Below, piece after piece: positions 10,169 through 19,733 of a DNA stretch of 64,000 nt. The position numbers and the translations under genes were made by a program. The notes under the pieces are model-generated. The model did not search any database, was not told the origin of the DNA, and saw only the letters and a list, made by a program, of their open reading frames with translations. The DNA comes from Candidatus Woesearchaeota archaeon (lineage in GTDB: Archaea; Nanobdellota; Nanobdellia; SCGC-AAA011-G17; UBA489): the NCBI GenBank assembly GCA_964343875.1, contig CAYFJW010000002.1, positions 6,797 to 70,796 of the forward strand, written 5' to 3'. Positions within the stretch are counted from its first letter, which is position 1, and each line of letters starts with the position of its first letter.

Positions 10169-10675
10169 TTACACTAATACAGGTTTAACTTTAACATCAT
10201 TACAATCACATTCAAGACTCATAGAGCCAGTAGCCTTACAATCCCATGAAATTATTGTTGTTGATCCTCCGCCACCATTTCCTCCAATTTGAATTTGCCC
10301 ACCCTTTGTAATCGTAATTGGGTAACAAGAATCAATGGAACACTGATTATTATCACTCATTTTAATTTTCGGCCCACATAGGGCTCCAGCATCTTTACAT
10401 GTTTTTGAACAACTTGAAACATATTCTCTCATACAACGATTTATATCCATCCTACATTCCATTTTTGACCAAGATTCTGCAGCACTCCTAAACTTATCAT
10501 TATCAAATCCTTCGCCTTCACAAGTCTTTTTAGGTAACCCAAAATCCTTACAAGTTTTTGGTGCAGGAGGATCAACCGTAACTTGCGCCTCAACATTCTG
10601 AATTATTGAAAATGGGCTGAAGAGTAGAATAAATAATCCAATTCCTATCATCAAGCTCATTAATATTTTTTTCAT
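10169..10675 (-). CDS. secreted cysteine-rich protein with poly-Gly stretch
   Basis: Signal peptide MKKILMSLMIGIGLFILLFSPFSI; many Cys; GGNGGGGS stretch. Confidence 0.55.
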   Translation of the reverse strand: MKKILMSLMIGIGLFILLFSPFSIIQNVEAQVTVDPPAPKTCKDFGLPKKTCEGEGFDNDKFRSAAESWSKMECRMDINRCMREYVSSCSKTCKDAGALCGPKIKMSDNNQCSIDSCYPITITKGGQIQIGGNGGGGSTTIISWDCKATGSMSLECDCNDVKVKPVLV

Positions 10676-10787
10676 ACCTTTCTCCTAATTTGCTATCACT
10701 CAGAAGGGGTTATTTTATTTATATAGCTTCCTATTTATTTTATAAACAATGTATATATTTATAAATTCCATTTTTAAACAAACCAAA

Positions 10788-11477
10788 ATGCTTCAAAAAT
10801 TAACAAAAGAATTAACATCTCTAAAAAACGAAGAAAAGATTCCAATCTACCAAAACTTCTTCAAAACAGGAAAAGGACAGTATGGAGAGGGAGATATCTT
10901 CTACGGCCTAACCGTCCCACAACAAAGAAAATTAGCAAAAAAATACAAAGACATCCCACTAAATGACGTTAAAAAACTCCTTAACCATAAGGTTCACGAG
11001 TTCAGACTAACAGGCACATTAATCCTAGTCCATAAATATGAAACGTCAGATAATAAAGAAGAAATCTTTAACTTCTATCTAAACAATACTGACGGAATTA
11101 ATAACTGGGACCTAGTCGACATTTCAGCAGATAAAATACTGGGGGCCCATTTAATCAACAAAGATAAATCATTATTATACAACTTCACCAAATCCGATAA
11201 CCTCTGGGAAAGAAGAATGGCAATAATTGCCACGTTTTATTTCATTAAAAACAATAAATTTCAAGACACTTTAAAGATATCTAAACTCCTCTTGAACGAC
11301 AAACATGACCTAATCCACAAAGCAGTTGGGTGGATGTTAAGAGAGGTAGGGAAAAGAGACCAAAAAACAGAAGAAAAGTTCTTAAACAAACACTACAGAG
11401 AAATGCCTAGAACAATGCTAAGATACTCAATAGAAAGATTAGAAGAATCAAAAAGAAAACACTACATGAAGAAGTAA
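10788..11477 (+). CDS. DNA alkylation repair enzyme (AlkD/AlkC-like HEAT-repeat glycosylase family)
   Basis: FFKTGKGQYGEGDIFYGLTVP and WDLVD motifs typical of the PF08713 family; start placed at MLQKL. Confidence 0.6.
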   Translation: MLQKLTKELTSLKNEEKIPIYQNFFKTGKGQYGEGDIFYGLTVPQQRKLAKKYKDIPLNDVKKLLNHKVHEFRLTGTLILVHKYETSDNKEEIFNFYLNNTDGINNWDLVDISADKILGAHLINKDKSLLYNFTKSDNLWERRMAIIATFYFIKNNKFQDTLKISKLLLNDKHDLIHKAVGWMLREVGKRDQKTEEKFLNKHYREMPRTMLRYSIERLEESKRKHYMKK

Positions 11478-11564
11478 CCTATAGTTCCTAATAATCCATC
11501 TCAAAACTATACAAATTAACACACGATCATTTATATACTAGAATGAATTATCAATTCTCCGCTT

Positions 11565-11580
11565 ACACAATATCTTGTGT
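11565..11580. promoter_or_regulatory. NrdR box (ACACAATATCTTGTGT) upstream of nrdR-nrdJ
   Basis: 16-bp palindrome matching the bacterial NrdR-box consensus acaCwAtATaTwGtgt; ~50 bp upstream of nrdR start. Confidence 0.55.
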
Positions 11581-11629
11581 TTTAGCAAAAATCTACCACT
11601 ATAGGTAGTACCAACTGAAAAGTGATAAA

Positions 11630-12076
11630 ATGCTATGTCCATACTGTCAAAAAGAAGAAACAAAGGTTATAGACAGCAGAGAGACAGAAAATCTAGAAGC
11701 AACCCGTAGAAGAAGGGAATGTTTAAAGTGCAAAAAACGTTTCACAACCTATGAAAGAGTTGAAACAGATCTTAAGATAATAAAAAAAGATAATTCTGCA
11801 GAACCATATGATAGAAACAAACTAGTTAGGAGTATCTCCATACCATGTGAAAAAAGACCAATTGACGCAGATACAATTAACAAAATCGCAAACAAAATTG
11901 AAGCAGTTCTCAGAAACAAACCCAAATCAGAAGTTACCTCCAAAGCTGTCGGAGAACTAGCAATGAGGGCATTAAAAAAATTAGACAAAGTAGCCTATAT
12001 CAGATTCGCATCAGTTTATAGAGACTTCGAAGATATTGAATCATTCGAAGCAGAATTGATCAAACTAAAAAATTAA
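11630..12076 (+). CDS. nrdR: transcriptional repressor NrdR (zinc ribbon + ATP cone)
   Basis: MLCPYCQ...VIDSR...RRRRECLKCKKRFTTYE...KLDKVAYIRFASVYRDFEDI, near-diagnostic NrdR signature. Confidence 0.9.
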   Translation: MLCPYCQKEETKVIDSRETENLEATRRRRECLKCKKRFTTYERVETDLKIIKKDNSAEPYDRNKLVRSISIPCEKRPIDADTINKIANKIEAVLRNKPKSEVTSKAVGELAMRALKKLDKVAYIRFASVYRDFEDIESFEAELIKLKN

Positions 12077-12091
12077 GGAAGGTGTTAGTAT

Positions 12092-14236
12092 ATGGAAGCG
12101 AAAGTGACCAAGATAAGAAAAAGGGACGGAAGAATTGTAGACTTCGACCTAAATAAAATTACAGAGGCAATATTCAAGGCTGCACAGGCAGTTGGGGGAG
12201 AAGACAAAGAGCTAGCAGAGTCCATAGCTAAAAGAGTCACTTCCAAAATAGAAGAAAAGTTCGATAATAAAACACCGACAGTTGAAGAAATCCAAGATCA
12301 AGTTGAAAAAACCTTAATGGATGAAGGACATAATAAAACTGCAAAGACCTATATTTTATACAGATATAAAAGATCACAAGAAAGAGCAAAGAGAGCACTA
12401 ATTCTTGGTGAAGGTCATGAAGAAGATAACTTAAAGTTCTCAAATAATTCCTTACAAGTATTGGAAAGAAGATACCTCCTAAAAGACAAAGAGGGAACGC
12501 TAATTGAAACTCCAAAACAAATGGTTAGGAGAATTGCACACAACATCTCACAGGCAGAATACAATTATGGTGCAAACGAACAAGAAGCACACGAAATAGA
12601 AGAGTCGTTTTATAATCTGATAGCAAACCTAGACTTCCTACCAAATACACCCACCATTATGAATGCAGGAACAAGACTGCAACAACTAAGCGCTTGTTTT
12701 GTACTTCCAGTAGAAGATTCAATGGAAGGCATATTCAAGTCCGTAATGGACACAGCCTTAATTCACAAATCAGGAGGCGGAACAGGCTTCTCATTCGCAA
12801 GACTTAGACCAGCAAATGACTTAGTTAGATCTACTTCAGGCGTAGCTTCGGGCCCAGTTTCATTCATGAAGGTGTTTGATGCGGCTACAGAAGTAATCAA
12901 ACAAGGCGGAAAGAGGCGTGGAGCAAACATGGGCATACTGCGTGTAGATCACCCAGATATTATGGAATTTGTTGAATGCAAGGCAGACATGAAAACACTA
13001 CAAAATTTCAACATCTCAGTTGCAGCAACTGACAAATTTATGCAAGCTGTAAAGGACGATACAGACTATGAAATAATGAACCCCAAGGATAAAAAAGTAG
13101 TTGGAAAACTAAAAGCAAGGGACGTTTTCACAGTTATTATTAACAACGCTTGGAAAAACGGAGACCCCGGTTTTATTTTCATAGATAAAATTAACAGAGA
13201 ACATCCTGGGAAAAACGTAGGTGAAATAGAGAGCACAAATCCCTGTGGGGAACAACCACTACTCCCATATGAGTCATGTAACCTAGGTTCCATAAACTTA
13301 AACAACTTCATCAATGATGATAAAACAGACGTTGACTGGGATAAATTAAGAGAATGCATCAGACTATCAACAAGATTCCTTGATGATGTAATTGACATGA
13401 ACAAATATCCAATACCCGAACTAAAAGAGATGGCAAACAAAACAAGGAAGATAGGTTTAGGGATAATGGGCTTTGCAGATTTATTGTATGAGCTAGGTAT
13501 TAAATACAACTCAGAAGAAGGTTATGCAATTGCTGAAAAGATTATGAAATTCTTCCAAGAAGAGTCATACAAGATGTCAGGCGAACTTGCAGAAACAAGA
13601 GGAACATACCCCGCATGGGAGGGATCAGACCACCATAAAGTAGGCAGAAAGATGAGAAACACCTGTTGCATCACAATAGCTCCGACAGGGACCATAAGCA
13701 TGATTGCAGAGGCTTCTGGAGGGTGTGAACCAACATTCGCAATTTCATACATAAAGAATGTTATGGATGGAACTGAATTAATTTACACAAACAGAATCTT
13801 TGAGAGGGTTGCAAAAGAACGTGGATTTGATTCACCTGATTTAATGAGGAAAATTGCAAAGATTGGAACAATTCAAGATATTGGAGAAGTTCCAAAAGAT
13901 GTGAGAGATGTTTTTGTGACGGCACAAGATTTAACTCCGGAAGAACATGTTAAAATGCAAGCAGCATTCCAAAAATATGTTGATTCATCAATCTCTAAAA
14001 CAATTAATTTCCCAAACTCAGCAACAATAGAAGATGTAAAAAACTCCTACTTGACTGCATGGGAGCTAGGTTGCAAAGGAATAACAATCTACAGAGACGG
14101 AAGTAGAGACAATCAAGTATTAAACATTGGTGAAGTTAACAAAGAAAAATCTCCAGAACCAGAAGCCAAAGCTGAAGATGGATCCGCTTGTAAGATCACC
14201 ATTGAAGATGGAAGAATAGTTAAAACCTGTGAATAA
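12092..14236 (+). CDS. nrdJ: class II (adenosylcobalamin-dependent) ribonucleotide reductase with N-terminal ATP cone
   Basis: ATP-cone (KIRKRDGRIVDFDLNKI), LDFLPNTPTIMNAG, NPCGEQPL catalytic motif, 714 aa. Confidence 0.85.
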   Translation: MEAKVTKIRKRDGRIVDFDLNKITEAIFKAAQAVGGEDKELAESIAKRVTSKIEEKFDNKTPTVEEIQDQVEKTLMDEGHNKTAKTYILYRYKRSQERAKRALILGEGHEEDNLKFSNNSLQVLERRYLLKDKEGTLIETPKQMVRRIAHNISQAEYNYGANEQEAHEIEESFYNLIANLDFLPNTPTIMNAGTRLQQLSACFVLPVEDSMEGIFKSVMDTALIHKSGGGTGFSFARLRPANDLVRSTSGVASGPVSFMKVFDAATEVIKQGGKRRGANMGILRVDHPDIMEFVECKADMKTLQNFNISVAATDKFMQAVKDDTDYEIMNPKDKKVVGKLKARDVFTVIINNAWKNGDPGFIFIDKINREHPGKNVGEIESTNPCGEQPLLPYESCNLGSINLNNFINDDKTDVDWDKLRECIRLSTRFLDDVIDMNKYPIPELKEMANKTRKIGLGIMGFADLLYELGIKYNSEEGYAIAEKIMKFFQEESYKMSGELAETRGTYPAWEGSDHHKVGRKMRNTCCITIAPTGTISMIAEASGGCEPTFAISYIKNVMDGTELIYTNRIFERVAKERGFDSPDLMRKIAKIGTIQDIGEVPKDVRDVFVTAQDLTPEEHVKMQAAFQKYVDSSISKTINFPNSATIEDVKNSYLTAWELGCKGITIYRDGSRDNQVLNIGEVNKEKSPEPEAKAEDGSACKITIEDGRIVKTCE

Positions 14237-14245
14237 TTAAACCCA

Positions 14246-14683
14246 ATGGATACTTATTCTTTCCAAGGGCAATATGCCCTAAAAGATAAAAAAACCAACA
14301 GAATTGTTGTTCAAACAAACTTTGAAGGAGTACTTTTAAGAGATTCCAAGGGAAATATCCTTGGAGATCTTGATTTTGGGGACAATGGCCATAGATATAA
14401 CTTGCGCGGGACACTTGCACCCCGCACCACATTCCTATTACTAAGCTCCATCGCAGTAAAAGAAGACGCAGAAGTCACGAGGGAGCCGCCCCTGGAGCTT
14501 CAGTTTTTAAAGCACGGGTGTTTGACAGACATGGTGGGCAGCTATGGCGGAGGGATTAAAATAGCCTCAGAAGAAGCCATAGCAAGATTAAGTGCTGGCA
14601 AAGAACCCCTCCAAAAGGGCTTAAGAATATGGGCGACCAATAGAAATCAAAGGAATGCATCTCTTCAGCTATTCTATTCGTAA
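14246..14683 (+). CDS. hypothetical protein inserted between the two nrdJ paralogs
   Basis: 145-aa ORF; 3' half markedly GC-richer than surroundings; no family recognised. Confidence 0.35.
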   Translation: MDTYSFQGQYALKDKKTNRIVVQTNFEGVLLRDSKGNILGDLDFGDNGHRYNLRGTLAPRTTFLLLSSIAVKEDAEVTREPPLELQFLKHGCLTDMVGSYGGGIKIASEEAIARLSAGKEPLQKGLRIWATNRNQRNASLQLFYS

Positions 14684-14717
14684 CTAATTATTTAAACCCA
14701 AAACCATTCTCAAACAC

Positions 14718-16757
14718 ATGGACACGATACCTAATTTCAATAGAATAAAAAAAAGAGATGGAACTATTGTAGATTATGATTTTAAAAAGCTACCCAAGGC
14801 AATTCTAAAAGCAGCAAGAGCTGTTGGAAAAAGAAAGAAAGAATTAGCAAATGAATTAGCCGAAAAAGTAATCCAAGAGTTAAATAAAACTTTCAATAAA
14901 AAGGACATTCCTGGAGTTGAAGACTTCCAAGATGCAATCGAAAAGATATTAATTGAAGAAGGACATGCAAAGATTGCAAAAGCGTTTATCCTTTATAGGA
15001 ATTCAAAAACAAAACTAAGAGAAGAAAAGGCATCCCTCGTCGGAAGCAAAGAAAAAAACAAACTCTCAATTAATGCAATAAGACTACTAAAGGCAAGATA
15101 CTTACTAAAGGATTCAGATGGAAGCATAATAGAAACACCTAATGAAATGTTCAGACGTGTTGCAAAAAACATTGCATCTGCAGATAAAAACTATAAGGGT
15201 GGAAACCAAAAGAAATCAGAGGAAGAATTTTATAAAATTATGTTCAACTTAGACTTCCTACCAAACACACCCGCTTTGATGAATGCAGGAACAAAAATAC
15301 AACAATTAGTATCATGCTACGTACTCCCTGTAGATGATAGTCTAGATGGCATATTTAAAACACTAAATTTAGCAATGAATATACAAAAAACAGGAGCTGG
15401 AACAGGGTTCTCCTTCTCAAATCTAAGACAAAGAAGAGCAAAGATAAGTAAAAATGGTTGTTCTTCAAGTGGACCAGTACCGTTTATCAAAGTTTTTAAC
15501 GAAGCAACAGGAGCACTAAAGAAAGGCGGTACTAGGCGTGGCGCCAACATGGGAATACTAAGAGTTGACCATCCAGACATTCTAAAGTTCATCAGTCTAA
15601 AGGCATCAGAAGTTAACATGACTAATTTTAACATTTCAATTGGCGTAACAAATGAATTCATGGAAGCTGTGCAAAAACATGAAGACTGGGAATTAAAAGA
15701 TCCAAGAACAAAAGAAAAAGTTTCAACTTTAGATGCAAGATTCATATGGGATTCATTAATCGCATCAGCATGGACAAATGGAGAACCAGGAATTATCTTC
15801 CTAGACAGAATAAACAAAGATAACAAGTCAAGACAGGAAAACATAACAGCAACAAGTCCTTGTGCAGAAGTTCCAATGTTAAGCAATGAATCATGTATGA
15901 TTGGAAGTATTAACGTAGGCAACTTCGTAATTGAATCAGAAGATAAAAAAGTAGACTGGAAATTATTAAGAGAAACAATTCACACGGCAGTCCACTTCTT
16001 AGATAATGCAATAGAACTAAACAACTACCCATCAAAAGATATCAAAGAGAAGTCTCTAGCATATAGAAAGATAGGCTTAGGAGTAATGGGATTTGCAAAC
16101 ATGCTAGCAAAACTAAGGATTCCTTACGACTCAGAAAAAGGAGTTGAGATGGGTAAAAAACTAGCTAAATTCCTTAGAAAAGAAGCAGATAACGCCTCAC
16201 ACGAACTAGCAAAGAAACGGGGTTCGTACCCCCAATGGAAATTAGCAAAGAACGCATCTAAAAGAAAGATGAGAAATGCAACTAGGCTAAGCGTCGCTCC
16301 AACAGGCTCAATTAGCATGATCGCAGACTGTTCTGCCGGTATTGAACCATTATTCGCAATAAGTTATGTAAAAAGAGTAATGGGCGGCAAACAATTCTTT
16401 TACATTGATGGCAATCTTAAAGATGCTTTAAAGGAGAATAAAATCTATAAAGAAGAAATCATAGATAGGATTGTAAATAGAAATTCAATTAGAAGGATAA
16501 AGGATATTCCTCTTAAAATAAGAAAAGTATTCACAGTTGCACATGATATTGCACCGGAATGGCACATAAATATGCAAGCAGCATTCCAAGAATCAATTGA
16601 TAACGCAATATCAAAGACAGTTAACTTTCCAAATCACACAACAATGAAAGACATCGAAAAGGTTTACCTCCACGCATGGAAGAGTAATTGCAAGGGAATA
16701 ACAATATACAGGGATGGAAGCAGAAGTAATCAAGTTGTACAATCAAATTCTATGTAA
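14718..16757 (+). CDS. nrdJ: class II ribonucleotide reductase paralog with ATP cone
   Basis: ATP cone (KKRDGTIVDYDFKKL), LDFLPNTPALMNAG, SPCAEVPM variant of the catalytic motif; ~50% identity to upstream copy. Confidence 0.85.
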   Translation: MDTIPNFNRIKKRDGTIVDYDFKKLPKAILKAARAVGKRKKELANELAEKVIQELNKTFNKKDIPGVEDFQDAIEKILIEEGHAKIAKAFILYRNSKTKLREEKASLVGSKEKNKLSINAIRLLKARYLLKDSDGSIIETPNEMFRRVAKNIASADKNYKGGNQKKSEEEFYKIMFNLDFLPNTPALMNAGTKIQQLVSCYVLPVDDSLDGIFKTLNLAMNIQKTGAGTGFSFSNLRQRRAKISKNGCSSSGPVPFIKVFNEATGALKKGGTRRGANMGILRVDHPDILKFISLKASEVNMTNFNISIGVTNEFMEAVQKHEDWELKDPRTKEKVSTLDARFIWDSLIASAWTNGEPGIIFLDRINKDNKSRQENITATSPCAEVPMLSNESCMIGSINVGNFVIESEDKKVDWKLLRETIHTAVHFLDNAIELNNYPSKDIKEKSLAYRKIGLGVMGFANMLAKLRIPYDSEKGVEMGKKLAKFLRKEADNASHELAKKRGSYPQWKLAKNASKRKMRNATRLSVAPTGSISMIADCSAGIEPLFAISYVKRVMGGKQFFYIDGNLKDALKENKIYKEEIIDRIVNRNSIRRIKDIPLKIRKVFTVAHDIAPEWHINMQAAFQESIDNAISKTVNFPNHTTMKDIEKVYLHAWKSNCKGITIYRDGSRSNQVVQSNSM

Positions 16758-16758
16758 A

Positions 16759-17361
16759 ATGGATGAAGAAAGGAAGGGGTTAGTCCAGATATATACTGGC
16801 GACGGAAAAGGGAAAACTACGGCTTCATTAGGCCTAGCTCTAAGATCACTAGGACATAACATGTCTGTCTACATGGTTCAATTCATGAAGGGTGGCGACA
16901 CAGGAGAAATGTTTGCAATCCAAAAATACTTACCTAATTTTCACTTAGTTCAATTCGGCAAGGACGCCTTACAAGAAAAACAAATGAAAATTGTTTCATT
17001 TGACGCAGAAGAAAAAAAACAAAACTTTCTAACAGACGAAGAAAGATATGTATTTTTCTCAGACAAAGTTGAAACAGATCCCTCTAAAATGGGCTTTGAA
17101 CATGCAGAAAGAATAGTTAACTCTGGCAAATACGACGTAGTAATCCTAGATGAACTTAACTGTGTTTTGGGAAGAGACATGATTCCTATTGAAGACGCAC
17201 TTAAATTAATAAAAAACAAACCAAAACACGTGGAACTAATTATTACTGGCAGAGACGCCCCAGATAAAGTAAAGGATGCAGCAGACTTAGTAAGCGAAGT
17301 CAAGGGCCTAAAACATCCTTACGATAAGGGAATTCTTGCAAGAAAGGGCATTGAATACTAA
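16759..17361 (+). CDS. cobO: cob(I)alamin adenosyltransferase (CobA/CobO/BtuR family)
   Basis: QIYTGDGKGKTTASLGLALR P-loop signature; start placed at MDEERK just after the nrdJ stop. Confidence 0.8.
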   Translation: MDEERKGLVQIYTGDGKGKTTASLGLALRSLGHNMSVYMVQFMKGGDTGEMFAIQKYLPNFHLVQFGKDALQEKQMKIVSFDAEEKKQNFLTDEERYVFFSDKVETDPSKMGFEHAERIVNSGKYDVVILDELNCVLGRDMIPIEDALKLIKNKPKHVELIITGRDAPDKVKDAADLVSEVKGLKHPYDKGILARKGIEY

Positions 17362-18191
17362 TTCTTAGCAGCCTTCAATGCAGCAATAGAAACTTCTAAC
17401 TGTTTATCATCCGGTTCCTGCGTAGTTATTTTCTGCAACCATAACCCTGGCTTAGTTAGAAAATTAGATATTTTATTTGGATATTTTGCATTAAACCTTA
17501 ATATTTCATAACTAATTGCAGCAATCACAGGTATCAATAATATCCTATACAAAAACTTTAGTATCCAACTCTCACTCCAAACCAAAGAAAATAAGATTAT
17601 ACTAATTATCAAAACAATAAAGATAAATGAAGTCCCACATCTAGGGTGTATCCTTGAGAACTTTTTTACATTCTTAACAGTTAAACTCTTTCCAGCTTCA
17701 TAACAATTAACTGCCTTGTGTTCAGCCCCATGATATTCAAATACCCTCTTAACATCCTTAAATCTAGATATAAAATATAAATAACCTACAAATAATGCAA
17801 CCCTCCAAAGTCCATCAACAATATTAAACCAAATTCTTTCCTCTGCAACAAAATTACTCAACCACAAAGGCAATGCAATAAACAAACCAATTGCAATTGC
17901 AAAACTAAATAACAACATAAAGAATATTCCCCAGCCCCCAATCTTCTCCTCTTCTTCCAAAGACTCATTACTGCTCCAAGTTAATGCTTTGGTTCCAATA
18001 TACAACATCTCAAATAAAGAGATTAATCCTCTCAAAAAAATAGTCTTCCTAAATTTCTCAGATATACCACTTCTCTTCTCAACCTTAGTCTTTATCCTAC
18101 CATTCTCCTTTCTAACAGACATAGCTACCTTCTTCCTGCTAGCCATCATTACACCTTCCATAATGGCCTGTCCCCCAATATAATCAGTCAT
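17358..18191 (-). CDS. DUF1385 family membrane-associated protein
   Basis: IGGQAIMEGVMM and YHGAEHKAVNCYE motifs; start trimmed to MTDYIGG. Confidence 0.55.
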   Translation of the reverse strand: MTDYIGGQAIMEGVMMASRKKVAMSVRKENGRIKTKVEKRSGISEKFRKTIFLRGLISLFEMLYIGTKALTWSSNESLEEEEKIGGWGIFFMLLFSFAIAIGLFIALPLWLSNFVAEERIWFNIVDGLWRVALFVGYLYFISRFKDVKRVFEYHGAEHKAVNCYEAGKSLTVKNVKKFSRIHPRCGTSFIFIVLIISIILFSLVWSESWILKFLYRILLIPVIAAISYEILRFNAKYPNKISNFLTKPGLWLQKITTQEPDDKQLEVSIAALKAAKN

Positions 18192-18403
18192 ACCACTACC
18201 TCCAAAACAAGATTTAAAAAGCTTTAGAGTACTAAAATCCCATGAAATGTGACATTTGCAAGGGGAAAGTAGAATATACCTTCCTAAAGAAGCCCCTAGG
18301 TACTTACGTGGGCTCAGGAAAGCAAAGAAAGTTCGCTTGTACAAATTGTCAAAAAACGAATTCTCAAGAAGAGATTACGACGAAGTTAACGAAGTAATCT
18401 TTT

Positions 18404-18477
18404 GCCACCGTGGCTCAGTCCGGTAGAGCAATTGCCTCGTAAGCAATAGGCCGAGGGTTCAAATCCCTCCGGTGGCT
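18404..18477 (+). tRNA. tRNA-Thr (anticodon CGT)
   Basis: Cloverleaf: acceptor gccaccg/cggtggc, anticodon loop ctCGTaa, T-loop ttcaaatcc; no encoded CCA. Confidence 0.8.
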
Positions 18478-18920
18478 TAACCAAAATAACCGTTCCTTTT
18501 CTCTAAATCTTTAACATCTTTATATCTTCCAGTCAACCCGCTTATTGAATACAAACTTTCATTATCCAAATACACAGAATAAACTCCCTCAAGTCTCCGA
18601 CCATAAGAATCCTTTCTGTATCCATCACAAAACTTAATCATTTGCCCATTATCCAAGCCTTCTGGAATATCCAACCACCTAATATTCACTCCCGTAAGTA
18701 AAACTCTAAAAGCCGTCAAAAAATCATAACCTGGTCTTTCATCGAACAACTTACAAGGCCCAAAAAGAATAACTTCTTTTACTTCTTCAGGATTATTTCT
18801 TATTCCTGTAGCAACAATCCTAACACTATCCATAAAACATTCATCCAACATTTCTTCCAAGTCTAAAATAGCCGCACCAAGAATTAACCTTGCTTTTCTG
18901 ATGCAGTCCATCAAAAACAA
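18477..18920 (-). CDS. hypothetical protein
   Basis: 147-aa ORF; no family recognised. Confidence 0.35.
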   Translation of the reverse strand: MFLMDCIRKARLILGAAILDLEEMLDECFMDSVRIVATGIRNNPEEVKEVILFGPCKLFDERPGYDFLTAFRVLLTGVNIRWLDIPEGLDNGQMIKFCDGYRKDSYGRRLEGVYSVYLDNESLYSISGLTGRYKDVKDLEKRNGYFG

Positions 18921-19475
18921 AGAGTATGTCTCATTCCTTATATCAATTCATACAAAAGAACAATTATTCTAAATAACCTAAAAGTACTTATTGCAATGAT
19001 GACTTACCTTTTTAGCTATTTTCCAAAAATGTTCAAAGAACTTTAAATTACTTTCAGTAACCTCTTTATTCTTTATCAATATGACATAAGAAGGGTTAGT
19101 CATAATAAACTGTGCAGTTTTATCTCCATAAGTACAAGTAGCAATATAAGATATTGGTTCTTTGGGCAAATATCTCAACTCTTCTGTTTTAGCAATATTA
19201 TATTTTTCATCTTTGGGACAAATTAATCTTCCCCTTATTCCAAGCTTAGCAACCCTTGCATATGCCCTTCTAAGTGAAAATGCCCCAACTTATGCTTTAA
19301 CCTTAGCAGCAACAAACATTCTATCCTTAGGTTATGAACTAGGCAAAAGAGGAACTTGGAAACAAGAATCACTAGAACAAACTATTGAAAAACCAGGCGA
19401 AGCCGAAATCAACTAAAGATTTCCGAATAATCAACCAAAAAACATATAAATCTCTCTTATATACACTTATATAAC

Positions 19476-19733
19476 ATGCAAATACTCCATAGTCCAACTT
19501 TAGACTCTGTAATAATGGTAGAAAAAACCATAAAGAAATACAGTCAAGAGTATGGAAAATACCAACTTTGGAAAAAACTACCTAAAAAGATGATGTATCA
19601 AACATTTCAAGTAATACTAAAATACTTAGAGAATTCAAATAAAATATTAATTGACAAGGATGGTTGCGTAATCTGGATACATAATCCAAAGAGAATTAAA
19701 CAACTAATCTCTCAAAAATTAATAGCAAGATGA
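19476..19733 (+). CDS. putative antitoxin partner of the RelE-like gene
   Basis: 85-aa ORF whose TGA stop overlaps the ATG of the downstream RelE-like gene (ATGA overlap), as in type II TA operons. Confidence 0.35.
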   Translation: MQILHSPTLDSVIMVEKTIKKYSQEYGKYQLWKKLPKKMMYQTFQVILKYLENSNKILIDKDGCVIWIHNPKRIKQLISQKLIAR

